Counted from the stretch's first letter, positions 1-9,532 are shown. The stretch: DNA of 64,000 bases from Escherichia coli (GCF_045037415.1 NZ_CP173438.1), one strand, 5' to 3'. Numbers and translations: made by a program. The notes: generated from the letters alone by a model not told the origin.

Positions 1-341
1 TCGTGAAAACCGTCGCTTTTCATGCTGCTGCCCAGCGCAATCATGACCGTAACAAATGAAAAATTGACTGACTGAATTGAAAGTAAACCAGAACCGACGA
101 TGCCGTAGCGGTTTACTTGTAACCAGGTACCAATACCAGAGGCGATCATCGCCATAGAAACAAGATAGGCAGTTGTTTCAGCGGAAAGCTGTAAGGCCGC
201 ACCCACGATTAACGCGGGGGTTACCATCGGAACGAAAATTGCCAACAGATGGGTAATGGCACCTACGAGAGCCTGATGAAAGGGAGGGCGATCCTCCAGT
301 TCAAATATAAGGTCAGAACCTGCATGGTTTATATCAGACAT
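1..341 (-). CDS. xanQ: Xanthine/nucleobase:H+ symporter XanQ (YgfO); N-terminal ~113 codons only, the gene runs off the left edge
   Basis: The reverse complement from ATG (341..339) reads MSDINHAGSDLIFELEDRPPFHQALVGAITHLLA..., a hydrophobic NCS2-type N-terminus I recognise as XanQ. It is not in the ORF track because it has no stop codon inside the window. Confidence 0.85.
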   Translation of the reverse strand, partial: MSDINHAGSDLIFELEDRPPFHQALVGAITHLLAIFVPMVTPALIVGAALQLSAETTAYLVSMAMIASGIGTWLQVNRYGIVGSGLLSIQSVNFSFVTVMIALGSSMKSDGFH

Positions 342-466
342 CCCTTCACTCCTTTTAAAGTAAATTTGATCATCTGAATTAGTAAAATAAATTCCCACGA
401 ATTTGGGGCGCAGGACGCCTTGAGAACGGCTTATCTCATTTTCGCAGTCACTATTTAGTCATCGTT

Positions 467-496
467 CAAACAGAGAAACAGGCCGCCGAAGCGGCC
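467..496 (-). terminator. Probable intrinsic terminator after xdhD
   Basis: GGCCGC-ttcg-GCGGCC hairpin (481..496), followed on the minus strand by the T-rich tail tgtttctctgttt. It lies 10 nt after the xdhD stop. Confidence 0.55.
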
Positions 497-505
497 ATTT
501 ATTAC

Positions 506-3376
506 TTATATTTTTTCCAGCGCGGTGAGTATTTTCTCCGGTGTGAAATGCCATTCGCGTAACCAGATGCCGCAGGCATCGTGAATTGCGGTAGCAATCG
601 CCGGAGCTGCGCCATTTACACCGATTTCCGAGATCGATTTCGCCCCGAATGGGCCGACTTTATCGTCGCTCGGCACCAGCACAGCGCGGAAATCACGCGG
701 AATGTCACCAATTTTCGGTGCGCCGTAACTGCGTAAATCACGCGTTAACGGGTGACCTTCGGCGTCATAAATGATCTCTTCGCTCATACTGTGGCCGATA
801 GCACGCAGGGTGGCACCGTAGATTTGTCCCAACGCTAACTCTGGATTGACCGGTGTACCGCAGTCCAGCAAGGCGTAGAATTTATCCAGGCGGATTTCAC
901 CCGTACGCGTGTTGACGGCAACTTCAGCGAAGTTTGCGCCATACGGGAAGGCGAAATCAGGTGTGATATAACTGCCAGTTCCCACCAGTGAACCAAAGCC
1001 GGTGCCGGTTTCGCCTTTATGGGCTATCTCTCCGAAACTAACTTCGCCTTTCTTGCCGCGAACGACGCCCGGCGTTGCTAGTTGAACATCTGCCACTGGC
1101 TCACCCAATATTTGCGCGCCGTGGAACAGGATTTTCTCCCGCAGATTTTCCGCTGCCAAACGCGCAGCGTTACCCGAGAAGCAAGTACCGGACGAGGCAT
1201 ATGCGCCTTTATCAAACAGTGCATGATCGGTATCACCAGAGATAACATGCACGTCCTGCGGTGGGCAGTGCAGCACTTCTGCTGCCAGTTTGGTCACCAC
1301 AGTATCCAGACCAGTACCAATATCCGCACCACCGGAATGAACGATAAAGGTGCCATCCGATTCCAGTTTGATCATGCAGTTAGCCTGATCGATATCCGGG
1401 ATACCCGATTTCTGCATGATAATGGCGACGCCGCGACCGATGTGCCAGTCACCATTTTGCGGTTTTGGTGAAGACCATTGGATCATCTCGCGACCCTGAC
1501 GCAGGATCTCTTCCAGTGCGCAGCTGGCGGCGGAAGGAACGGAGGTCGGCGCTTTACCTTCACCGATTGCACCGAGAATTTTCAGCTCTTGCCCTTCGTG
1601 TACCCGGTTACGTTCGATAATTTCCAGTTGGTCGATCTGTAACTGTTCAGCCAGTTCCGCTAATGCCATGGTGATAGCGAAGTTACCTTTCGGTGCGCCA
1701 TAACCCTGATAAGCACCATTTGGGCAAATGTTGCTGTAGTAGGTGGTGACCTGAAAATCGACGTTATCGCATGGATATAACGGCAGCGACAGCGCCGGTC
1801 CGTTACACGGTACGGTGAGTGAGTGGTTACCGTAAGGACCCGTGTTGGCGCGGAAATCCATCTTCACTGCCGTCAGGCGACCATCTTTTTTCGCGCCCAG
1901 TTTGACGGTGACTTTCGCGACGTGACGAGAGGTGTTAGCAATAAACTCTTCTTCACGGGTGTAGCGGAAAAGTACCGGACGCCCGGTCACGCAGGTTGCC
2001 CAGGCGCACACTTCTTCCAGCAGGATGTCCTGTTTGGAACCAAAACCGCCGCCAACTCGCTCTTTAATGACATGAACTTTATGCTGTTTCATGCCCACGA
2101 GGCGCGCGACCTGGCGGCGTAAGTGCCATGGTACCTGGGTGGAGGCGTGGATCACCAGACGATCGCCGTCCATACGGGTAAAGCAGATATGTGTTTCAGT
2201 CGGGCACTGCTGTGCCTGCGTTGAATTATAGGTTCGCTCAATGATCACATCGGCATCGGCAAAGCCTTTGTCCATATCGCCAATATGACCATGAATACTG
2301 GCGGCGATATTTTTGCGTGGGCGAGAACCGATCGGGAAGTTGATGATCATATGCTCGCCGCGCTGGGCTGCATGGCTGTTATCATCTTCCAGAGTATCTG
2401 GCGCACCAGCAACATACACCACCGGTTCATCGTGCACGACAGGCGCATCTTCCGCCATTGCCTCGTCAATCGACATTACCGGCTTAAGCACTTCATATTC
2501 AACGTCGATGAGCTTCAGTGCTTCGAGCGCAATGTCTTCACTTTCGGCTACTACCGCAGCAACGCGATCGCCGACGTGACGCATTTTCTTGCCGAACATT
2601 CGGCGGTCAAGCGGTGACGGTTCCGGTGCGCTCTGACCACCCGGGGTATAGTAAATATCCGGGCAATTCAGGTGAGTAATAACGTGAACGACGCCCGGTA
2701 AGGCTTCAGCTTTGCTGACATCCAGATGAGTAATCAGTGCGTGAGCGTGTGGGCTACGTAACATTTTAATGACGCAGGCGTCAGCCGTTACGCGATCTTC
2801 AACATAGCAGGGTTTCGCCTGCACCATTTTCGCGGCATCAGTTTTAGGATAATGCTTGCCAATGACTTCAAGGTCGTCACGGAAAGTCGGAGCGATATCA
2901 ATGGTGGCCTGCGGATTATTTTTACGTGCAACCGCCAGTTCAATGACCTGATAGTATTGCTGCCAGCCAGCATCGCGGCTAAACAGACCTGAGAGTGCGT
3001 CGTCGATCTCTTCGCGGGTAGGTGCGTCGATGCGATCGAGAAGATCGGTGATAATCAGAGCCGCAGCTGGATCGTTATAACCAGACTGCACCACGCCAAC
3101 ATCAACCATGGCCTGTTGAACCAGACTTAACTCATTCCATTTGCCCAGAGATTCTGCGGTACGAATATCTGCCTTCTCTAACTGTGCGGCGATAAGCAAG
3201 GACGCGTTAACGATATTACCGTTAAAGATAATTGCGTCAGAACCGGCAAACCCAAAGCCATCATCACTGTTGCGTACAGAGTGCATTCCCATGTTAAACA
3301 ACAGCTTTTGCACGTTTTCGCCTGGATTAACGGTTAGCTCCTGAGGCGCGCCATTTAAAGTAAAGTGGATGATCAT
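506..3376 (-). CDS. xdhD: Molybdenum hydroxylase large subunit fused to a degenerate (Cys-less) ferredoxin-like N-terminal region; putative selenium-dependent purine hydroxylase XdhD (YgfN)
   Basis: 956-aa ORF, full-length match to my memory of E. coli XdhD. It is paralogous to XdhA in this window (aldehyde oxidase/xanthine dehydrogenase Mo-binding domains) and overlaps ygfM by 4 nt. Confidence 0.95.
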   Translation of the reverse strand: MIIHFTLNGAPQELTVNPGENVQKLLFNMGMHSVRNSDDGFGFAGSDAIIFNGNIVNASLLIAAQLEKADIRTAESLGKWNELSLVQQAMVDVGVVQSGYNDPAAALIITDLLDRIDAPTREEIDDALSGLFSRDAGWQQYYQVIELAVARKNNPQATIDIAPTFRDDLEVIGKHYPKTDAAKMVQAKPCYVEDRVTADACVIKMLRSPHAHALITHLDVSKAEALPGVVHVITHLNCPDIYYTPGGQSAPEPSPLDRRMFGKKMRHVGDRVAAVVAESEDIALEALKLIDVEYEVLKPVMSIDEAMAEDAPVVHDEPVVYVAGAPDTLEDDNSHAAQRGEHMIINFPIGSRPRKNIAASIHGHIGDMDKGFADADVIIERTYNSTQAQQCPTETHICFTRMDGDRLVIHASTQVPWHLRRQVARLVGMKQHKVHVIKERVGGGFGSKQDILLEEVCAWATCVTGRPVLFRYTREEEFIANTSRHVAKVTVKLGAKKDGRLTAVKMDFRANTGPYGNHSLTVPCNGPALSLPLYPCDNVDFQVTTYYSNICPNGAYQGYGAPKGNFAITMALAELAEQLQIDQLEIIERNRVHEGQELKILGAIGEGKAPTSVPSAASCALEEILRQGREMIQWSSPKPQNGDWHIGRGVAIIMQKSGIPDIDQANCMIKLESDGTFIVHSGGADIGTGLDTVVTKLAAEVLHCPPQDVHVISGDTDHALFDKGAYASSGTCFSGNAARLAAENLREKILFHGAQILGEPVADVQLATPGVVRGKKGEVSFGEIAHKGETGTGFGSLVGTGSYITPDFAFPYGANFAEVAVNTRTGEIRLDKFYALLDCGTPVNPELALGQIYGATLRAIGHSMSEEIIYDAEGHPLTRDLRSYGAPKIGDIPRDFRAVLVPSDDKVGPFGAKSISEIGVNGAAPAIATAIHDACGIWLREWHFTPEKILTALEKI

Positions 3377-4152
3377 ACGGCTTCCTCCCCAGCCTGTTGG
3401 CAGTCGGCATACAGGTCGGCTACCAGAACTCCCGTGATATAGCGTTTATAGGCCACGCTGCCCCGCAAATCTTCCTGCGGGAAAATGGCGTTGGCGACAG
3501 CCTGTTCCAGTGCATTGCCTTCCAGATTTTGAGTTTCAACATCATGCAGACGCAGTGCTTTACTGGCGACGCCATCCAGCGCAATTCGCATACCGTCGTG
3601 GTCTGTTATTGCAACGGCTGCCGTCACGACGGTTAAACCTGCCTGAGAACGGCTAATTTTGCGAGTCGCACAGGTGCGATACGGATCTTTAATGATAATT
3701 TCGGTTAACAGGCGATCGCATGGGCAGGCCAGGTAGTCCTCGATTGACAGCGTTTCGCCGTTGCCAAAAACCAGTTCAGCATCCAGTGCCAGCAGGACGG
3801 GAAGCAGCACTGACTCTTCTTGCCGGGCGGCAATTTCACCACCAATGGTCGACTGATTACGAACATGGCGAGAGTAGACAAAACCGAGAGCTTCCCGCAG
3901 TGCTGCAGGAATAAATCGCGCATCACGCAGTGGCTGCAAGCGAGACATTGCGCCAATTCGTAGTGCACCGTTATCCCAGTCAATCCAGTCCAGCTCCAGA
4001 TCCTGCAAGGAAATGGCAATCTTTTTATCGGTACGGGTTGGTGTAGCGTTGAGTTTGCTGCCCCCGGCGAACCAGACGGCTTCATCCTGGTAGCGGCGCT
4101 TCAGTTCCAGCGCCTGTTCGACAGAGTCGGGTCTGAAAAATTGTTCAATCAT
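3373..4152 (-). CDS. ygfM: FAD-binding subunit of a molybdenum hydroxylase (CO dehydrogenase flavoprotein-like) YgfM
   Basis: 259-aa ORF resembling XdhB/CoxM FAD-binding subunits (AGGSKL..., GGEIA motifs). It is translationally coupled to xdhD. Confidence 0.9.
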   Translation of the reverse strand: MIEQFFRPDSVEQALELKRRYQDEAVWFAGGSKLNATPTRTDKKIAISLQDLELDWIDWDNGALRIGAMSRLQPLRDARFIPAALREALGFVYSRHVRNQSTIGGEIAARQEESVLLPVLLALDAELVFGNGETLSIEDYLACPCDRLLTEIIIKDPYRTCATRKISRSQAGLTVVTAAVAITDHDGMRIALDGVASKALRLHDVETQNLEGNALEQAVANAIFPQEDLRGSVAYKRYITGVLVADLYADCQQAGEEAV

Positions 4153-4202
4153 CGTCTTTCCTTAATTTCCCCTCTTCTCTGAAAGAAGAGGGGAGCTGTT
4201 AT

Positions 4203-5531
4203 TTATGCCAGCGCATCCATCCGACGCCACATACTGGCAGCGGCTTTTCTGGCTTGCGCATAAATGGAATCGCAATCGAAGTTAAACTGACGGTCTTCAT
4301 AGACCATCACACCATTGACCATCACGCTGTGAACGCTACCTGAGCCCATACCGAAAGCGATATGCCCGGCGATATTGTCTGCCAGCAGCGGCGTCGGCGA
4401 GTTGTAATCGCAAATGGTTAAATCGGCTTTGTAACCGGCTTCCAGAAGCCCAAATTTCGCGCCAAAGTTGCGGCTCATCAGTTCGTTGCCGTTAGCCAGT
4501 GCTTTGGCAAAACTGTCAGGCCACAGCGGGCCACCCGCATCGCGATGTTTAAAGAAGGCAAATTTCATCTCTTCAAACATGTCCGAACCAATGCCGTCCG
4601 TTCCCAACGCCAGATTGCGGATGTCGCTAAGGTGATGGTTGTAGCCGACATGGTTGTTCATGTTTGAACGGGCGTTATGCACCAGGAACGCATCGCGCTG
4701 ATTGAGTAGGACGATGTCATCTTTCGACAGGTACAGCCCATGAGCGACCAGCGTTTTGCTGTCGATGAGATCGAATTGCGCAAGTCGTGCCAGCAGGTCT
4801 TTGCCGTACCAATGGTGACTGTAGGAAACGTCGTAAAGGTCTTCCGCAACGTGAATATGCAAACCACGACCTGTGCTTTTCACGGCTTCACGCAGCATCT
4901 CCAGACCGGCATCCGGCACGGTAAACGGCGCGTGAGCGCCGATATGTGCTTCCACCAGATACGGCTCGGTTGCTGCTTTCTTCGCCTCATCAATCTGACG
5001 GGTGAAGCGGATGTTTTCTTCTACACCTTCCTGCAACTCTTTGATGCCGTTGTTACGGTCAGTAGTTTCAAAACAGGTCATCGCGCGCAGGCCAACTTTT
5101 AAAAATGCGTTGCGCAATGTGGAGAGCGACCCGTCGATATACGCCGGAGAGGCATGGTGATCGATAACCGATGTACATCCGCTCTTAATCGCTTCCAGGG
5201 AACAAATCAGTCCGCTGTAATAGAGCGACTCTTCATCAAGAGCGCGATCGAGCCGCCACCAGAGATTTTTCAGCGTTGAGATGAAATCCGGGCAGGGGGC
5301 GATGTTTGCCATAATTCCGCGGGAAAGCCCCGAGTAAAAATGGTTGTGCGAGCAGACAATTCCCGGCATCACAATCCGACCATGCATCTCTTTGTAGCTG
5401 GCATCGGGGTAGCGTTGCGTCAGGGCATCGCCGATAGCGACAATCACATCATTTTCGATGGCGATATCAACGCCTTCCTGCACTTTCGCCGGGTGTAACT
5501 GCACTGCGGTGACATTCTTCAGAATCAACAT
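4203..5531 (-). CDS. ssnA: Amidohydrolase-superfamily protein SsnA (aminohydrolase/deaminase-like)
   Basis: 442-aa ORF with the HxH metal motif (CSHNHFYSG) typical of the guanine/cytosine-deaminase-like amidohydrolase fold. Recognised as E. coli SsnA. Its start codon lies 3 nt after the ygfK stop. Confidence 0.95.
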   Translation of the reverse strand: MLILKNVTAVQLHPAKVQEGVDIAIENDVIVAIGDALTQRYPDASYKEMHGRIVMPGIVCSHNHFYSGLSRGIMANIAPCPDFISTLKNLWWRLDRALDEESLYYSGLICSLEAIKSGCTSVIDHHASPAYIDGSLSTLRNAFLKVGLRAMTCFETTDRNNGIKELQEGVEENIRFTRQIDEAKKAATEPYLVEAHIGAHAPFTVPDAGLEMLREAVKSTGRGLHIHVAEDLYDVSYSHHWYGKDLLARLAQFDLIDSKTLVAHGLYLSKDDIVLLNQRDAFLVHNARSNMNNHVGYNHHLSDIRNLALGTDGIGSDMFEEMKFAFFKHRDAGGPLWPDSFAKALANGNELMSRNFGAKFGLLEAGYKADLTICDYNSPTPLLADNIAGHIAFGMGSGSVHSVMVNGVMVYEDRQFNFDCDSIYAQARKAAASMWRRMDALA

Positions 5532-5533
5532 GA

Positions 5534-8500
5534 TTACACCTCCACGCGGCCCAGCAGATAATGATGATGCTGGTGGACATGGCTAATGATGCGGCACATA
5601 TCGTTCAGCTCCGGTGGTACGTTGTTGAACTGACCTTCGCTGTCGATGTTTAACACCCAGCTTTGGTTATTCAGACGTACGCGTACCCGGCAATCTTCCA
5701 CAAGGAAGCCTGGGTTACTGCTGTTATCAAAGTCTTGCGACAGGCTGAAGACGGTGATTTTGTCTTTGTACGGTTTACCGTTCCACGGGCAGAATTGGGC
5801 GCAGTTGCCGCATTCGTTGCAGTAGGCATCGAGATGCAGCGTCTGGAAACGGTTCTGGAAGCCAGGAACCGCAATGGATACGTTGGCGCGGTTCGGGCAG
5901 ACATCCACACACTTGCTGCAAACGTAGTTACATTCAAGGCAGCGTGCGGCTTCCTGTGCGACAAACGCGTCACGATCGTCACTGTTCACCAGAGTGACAG
6001 AGATATCGCCTTTACGTTGATAGATTTCCGCCGGATTTACGTTGTTCCAGTATTTATCGTTCTGGTGGGAACGGATATTTTCCCGACTAAGGATGGTATC
6101 GGTCGCCCGACGCGCGGTTCCGACAGCAGCGACAATGGAGGATGGTCCGCGCTGTACGTCGCCGATCATAAAGACGTCAGTCAGACGCGTTTCGCCATTA
6201 TGGTCGACGTCTGGCCAGCCGTTTTTGTCCAGCGGCACGCCCATCGCATTCAGGGCTTCAGTATCCTGCTGTTCACCAATGGCGGTGATCAGACTGTCCA
6301 CATGCAGTGTTACTGTTTCGTTGGTTTCAACCGGACGGCGACGACCTTTCTCATCAGGTTCGCCAAGCGACATAACGCGCAAGGTTAAGGTGCCATCAGC
6401 ATCGAAACGTTCCGGATTATTCAGAAAACGGAACTCCACGCCGTCGTGCAACGCTTCTTCATACTCTTCGCGCCATGCGGGCATTTCTTGCAGTGAACGA
6501 CGGTAAACGACCGTTGCTTTTTCTACGCCTGGAACGCGTAACGCCGCACGAGCGCAGTCCATTGCGGTGTTACCCGCCCCGACAACGACCACATGTTTGC
6601 CCAGCTTGAGCGCGGTGCCCTTGTTGTATTCACGCAGGAAAGGGAGTGATTTCCAGACATTTTGGTTGTCGCCCGCCAGTTTCACACCGCTATTTTTATC
6701 AGTGCCGGTGGCAATCAGAACATAGTGGAAGCCCTGATTTTTTAACTGTTCAACGGTCAAATCGGGTGAGCAACCGTACTCAAATTTCACGCCGTGAGCG
6801 GCAACAAAATCGATATCGTGCTGAATTAACTCTGCAGGAATACGGAACTGAGGAATGATATTTTTCACCACGCCGCCCGCATTGGCTTCGCGTTCAAACA
6901 GCGTGACCGGATGGCCCGCTCTGGCAAGGAAGTAACCTGCGGCCAGACCCGCCGGACCTGCACCAATCACGGCTACCGGATGGCGTGAACCGGAACCGGC
7001 TGGTTTGTGCCAGCGTTGCTTATATTCATCCCAACCTTTTTCCAGGGCGACTTTTTTCAGTTCGCGGATATTCAGCGCACTGTCGTAATCCAGGCGGGTA
7101 CAGTTGTATTGGCACTGGTGATCGCAAATATGACCGGTAATGGCGGGCAGGGCGTTGCGTTGATAGATGAGTTCCAGCGCGTCGGCATAGCGGTGTTCGC
7201 CAAGCAGACGGATGTATTCCGGAATATCTTGCTTGATAGCGCAGGCAGTAACACAGGGGGCAACGTAGCAATCGGTCAGCGGCAGGTCTTCAGCCACTTC
7301 AATACGCTCTTCTGGCTTCCAGTGTTTCTGGGTGTATTCCATGGTTAACGCGTCTGCTGCCAGTCTGTTCAGTCGTTCGACGTCAACGTGGTTAAGCTCC
7401 CAGGCGTCGGAGCCTTCCAGCTCGCGCATGCAGGCACTTAAGCGCAGATAGCCGCCAGGTTTCAGCAGGTCGGTTGCCATAGTAATAGGGCGAATACCAG
7501 TATCAAAAATATCGCGGATAGTCAGCTGACTGGCACCACCGGAATAAGAAATGGGCAGTTTGCCGTCAAAGGCGCGAGAGAGAACTGCTGCAACGTTGAT
7601 GGAGAGCGGGAACAGCGCACGGCCTGACATATACATCTCTTCACCGGGCAGTGCGCCTTTATTGTTGATGGTGCCGAGAGTGTTAGTCAGTTTTACGCCA
7701 AAGCCGAGTGATTTTTCTTTTGCCAGTGCCATCAGGCGTTCCAGCATTTCCAGTGCTTGCGTCAGCTTGAGGTCGTGATCAAATGACTCTTCTTTTAAGC
7801 CGATGTAACCGAAACCGCAGACATCGAGGATCTCACGAACACGCGCGTACCCCAGTAAGGTCGGGTTGAGTTTCACAAAGGTGTTGAGTCCTTTTTCTTC
7901 CAGCATGTAGCGGCAAATGGCTTCGATTTCATGCGGAGGACAGCCGTGCATGGTGGAGAGGGTAACACCTTGTACCATGCTGGTGGGGATGCGAGCGGGT
8001 AAGGCTTGCAAGCTTTCGCGTTTTTCCTGCAATCCGTGGCGGGCTAAAAATGCCTCATCCTGGAGTAGCTTATTAAGTGCATCGCGGTATTGAGCGAATT
8101 TCGGATGGTCAGATGCGTCCATCATATTGTCGATGAACTGCTGCATCGGCGGTTGCTTAATACCTTCGAGGTTGTAACCGACGCTCATATTAAAGATGAA
8201 CGATTTACCGGAATCAGAAGGCTGGAACATCGCTTCGAGAAGGTGCAGGGCAAACCAGGCTTTGAGGTATTCATCCCAGGCTTTAAGCAGGGTAAATTCG
8301 GTAGACCATTCGGTGTTAAAGCACTCGTCTTCGGCATCGATACAGGGCTTTTCCAGCTCCAGACGGTCAAGAATTTGGACGGTTTTTAGTTCGATGAAGC
8401 GTCCGCCAGTCAGCCAGGAAGTGACAATATTTTGCGCGAGTTGCGTGTGCGGGCCAGCGGCAGGGCCGACGGGAGTGGCACAGGTTTCACCGAAGACGCT

Positions 8501-8632
8501 AACAGTTTTACTTTTTACGGGTGAGTAAAACTGTTGCTCGGGAATACCAAAGATTGAGCGTTGTTGTTGGTATTCATCAAATATGCGCGTCAAAAGTTCC
8601 TCAAACGGAATGGGACGCATAATATCCCCCAT
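5534..8632 (-). CDS. ygfK: Large Fe-S flavoprotein YgfK: N-terminal DPD/PyrD-like barrel + GltD/PreT-like NAD(P)H/FAD module + C-terminal 2x[4Fe-4S] ferredoxin
   Basis: 1032-aa ORF. It contains dinucleotide folds VAVIGAGPAGLAAG and VVVVGAGNTAMD, the GltD-like Cys cluster CYVAPCVTAC...CDHQCQYNC, and the C-terminal motifs CSKCVDVCP and CNECGNCAQFCP. Recognised as E. coli YgfK. Confidence 0.95.
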   Translation of the reverse strand: MGDIMRPIPFEELLTRIFDEYQQQRSIFGIPEQQFYSPVKSKTVSVFGETCATPVGPAAGPHTQLAQNIVTSWLTGGRFIELKTVQILDRLELEKPCIDAEDECFNTEWSTEFTLLKAWDEYLKAWFALHLLEAMFQPSDSGKSFIFNMSVGYNLEGIKQPPMQQFIDNMMDASDHPKFAQYRDALNKLLQDEAFLARHGLQEKRESLQALPARIPTSMVQGVTLSTMHGCPPHEIEAICRYMLEEKGLNTFVKLNPTLLGYARVREILDVCGFGYIGLKEESFDHDLKLTQALEMLERLMALAKEKSLGFGVKLTNTLGTINNKGALPGEEMYMSGRALFPLSINVAAVLSRAFDGKLPISYSGGASQLTIRDIFDTGIRPITMATDLLKPGGYLRLSACMRELEGSDAWELNHVDVERLNRLAADALTMEYTQKHWKPEERIEVAEDLPLTDCYVAPCVTACAIKQDIPEYIRLLGEHRYADALELIYQRNALPAITGHICDHQCQYNCTRLDYDSALNIRELKKVALEKGWDEYKQRWHKPAGSGSRHPVAVIGAGPAGLAAGYFLARAGHPVTLFEREANAGGVVKNIIPQFRIPAELIQHDIDFVAAHGVKFEYGCSPDLTVEQLKNQGFHYVLIATGTDKNSGVKLAGDNQNVWKSLPFLREYNKGTALKLGKHVVVVGAGNTAMDCARAALRVPGVEKATVVYRRSLQEMPAWREEYEEALHDGVEFRFLNNPERFDADGTLTLRVMSLGEPDEKGRRRPVETNETVTLHVDSLITAIGEQQDTEALNAMGVPLDKNGWPDVDHNGETRLTDVFMIGDVQRGPSSIVAAVGTARRATDTILSRENIRSHQNDKYWNNVNPAEIYQRKGDISVTLVNSDDRDAFVAQEAARCLECNYVCSKCVDVCPNRANVSIAVPGFQNRFQTLHLDAYCNECGNCAQFCPWNGKPYKDKITVFSLSQDFDNSSNPGFLVEDCRVRVRLNNQSWVLNIDSEGQFNNVPPELNDMCRIISHVHQHHHYLLGRVEV

Positions 8633-8711
8633 AACCCTCTCCTTAGCTTATACAGATATCATTGAGTGACCGGTGTTGAGAAATCCGGTGGTTTAGGGGG
8701 ATAGAGCAACA

Positions 8712-8731
8712 ATCGCACCACTCTTGCCAGG
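8712..8731 (-). promoter_or_regulatory. Candidate sigma54 (-24/-12) promoter for ygfK-ssnA-ygfM-xdhD
   Basis: The minus strand reads cCTGGCAAGAGTGGTGCGa. GG and GC have the correct GG-N10-GC spacing of TGGCAC-N5-TTGCW. The site is about 85-100 nt upstream of the ygfK ATG, and a sigma54 activator gene (ygeV) lies in the cluster. Confidence 0.35.
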
Positions 8732-8953
8732 TTTGACGGGAAATATAAAAAAATGTGAGGCGGCTCGAAACTTAATGGCTTTTTGTGAATGAACTCACAG
8801 GTGCCAAATGAGAATTAAAATCACTCCTGAAAATTATTATTGCCAGCCCATTTATCACTTTTTCTCTTTTCTCAAAATCAGTGATTCCTTATCATTATGA
8901 TAAAGAGTGCTGGAGGGATTAAATATTTGAACGCAATCGTTTAACTACGTTTT

Positions 8954-9532
8954 CTAAATTTCAGTATACCTTTTCTTCGCTGTAATAAAGTCGTCCGGAG
9001 TATCAATATCTAAAATTATTTCTGCATTTTCTATTTCGACGGAATAATGTTCTCCCATAAGGAGTGCCTGACGCATATTGGTGACATTGGGGCGCTGGAT
9101 TGCCTGCATCAGGCATGGTTTTGACACTAAAATCGGATGGCCGGGGATGCCATTATGGAGTGGCAGTATTGCGCCATCATTTCGTAACGACCAGATTTTT
9201 CTAAAAATATCGATGGTGAGGGTTGGCATATCTCCGTGGGTGAGAAAACAATGTTCTGTTTGCACCGCGGGTACTGCGGCCTTTACTGATGTCAGTAAAC
9301 CCTGCGCATAATCTGGGTTGTGGATAATAGTGATATTGCTCTGGTTCGCATAACGTTCGTGCAGTTCATTACCACGATAGCCGGTGACTAAAATAATTCG
9401 GCTACAAAACTGCAACGCATTTTTGATACTTGTATCAAGAATTGTTCCCTGTTGCCAGGGTAACATCATTTTCCATTGCCCCATTCTTGATGATAATCCT
9501 GCGGCGGTAATTATACAGTCGATGGCTGACAT
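8954..9532 (-). CDS. mocA: Molybdenum cofactor cytidylyltransferase MocA (YgfJ)
   Basis: 192-aa ORF with a MobA-like nucleotidyltransferase N-terminus (IITAAGLSSRMG). Recognised as E. coli MocA, which makes the MCD cofactor used by xanthine-dehydrogenase-family enzymes. Confidence 0.93.
   Translation of the reverse strand: MSAIDCIITAAGLSSRMGQWKMMLPWQQGTILDTSIKNALQFCSRIILVTGYRGNELHERYANQSNITIIHNPDYAQGLLTSVKAAVPAVQTEHCFLTHGDMPTLTIDIFRKIWSLRNDGAILPLHNGIPGHPILVSKPCLMQAIQRPNVTNMRQALLMGEHYSVEIENAEIILDIDTPDDFITAKKRYTEI

Noticed and set aside
1082-1471. Many 60-240-aa ORFs antisense to or nested within large genes. Examples are 1082..1471, 5663..6388, 15150..15806, 17076..17708, 37119..37478, 53284..53796 and 63208..63771.
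   Set aside because: Each lies wholly inside a full-length, well-recognised gene on the other strand or in another frame. Their composition is low-complexity and Arg/Ser/Thr-rich, typical of shadow frames, and none has a convincing ribosome-binding site.
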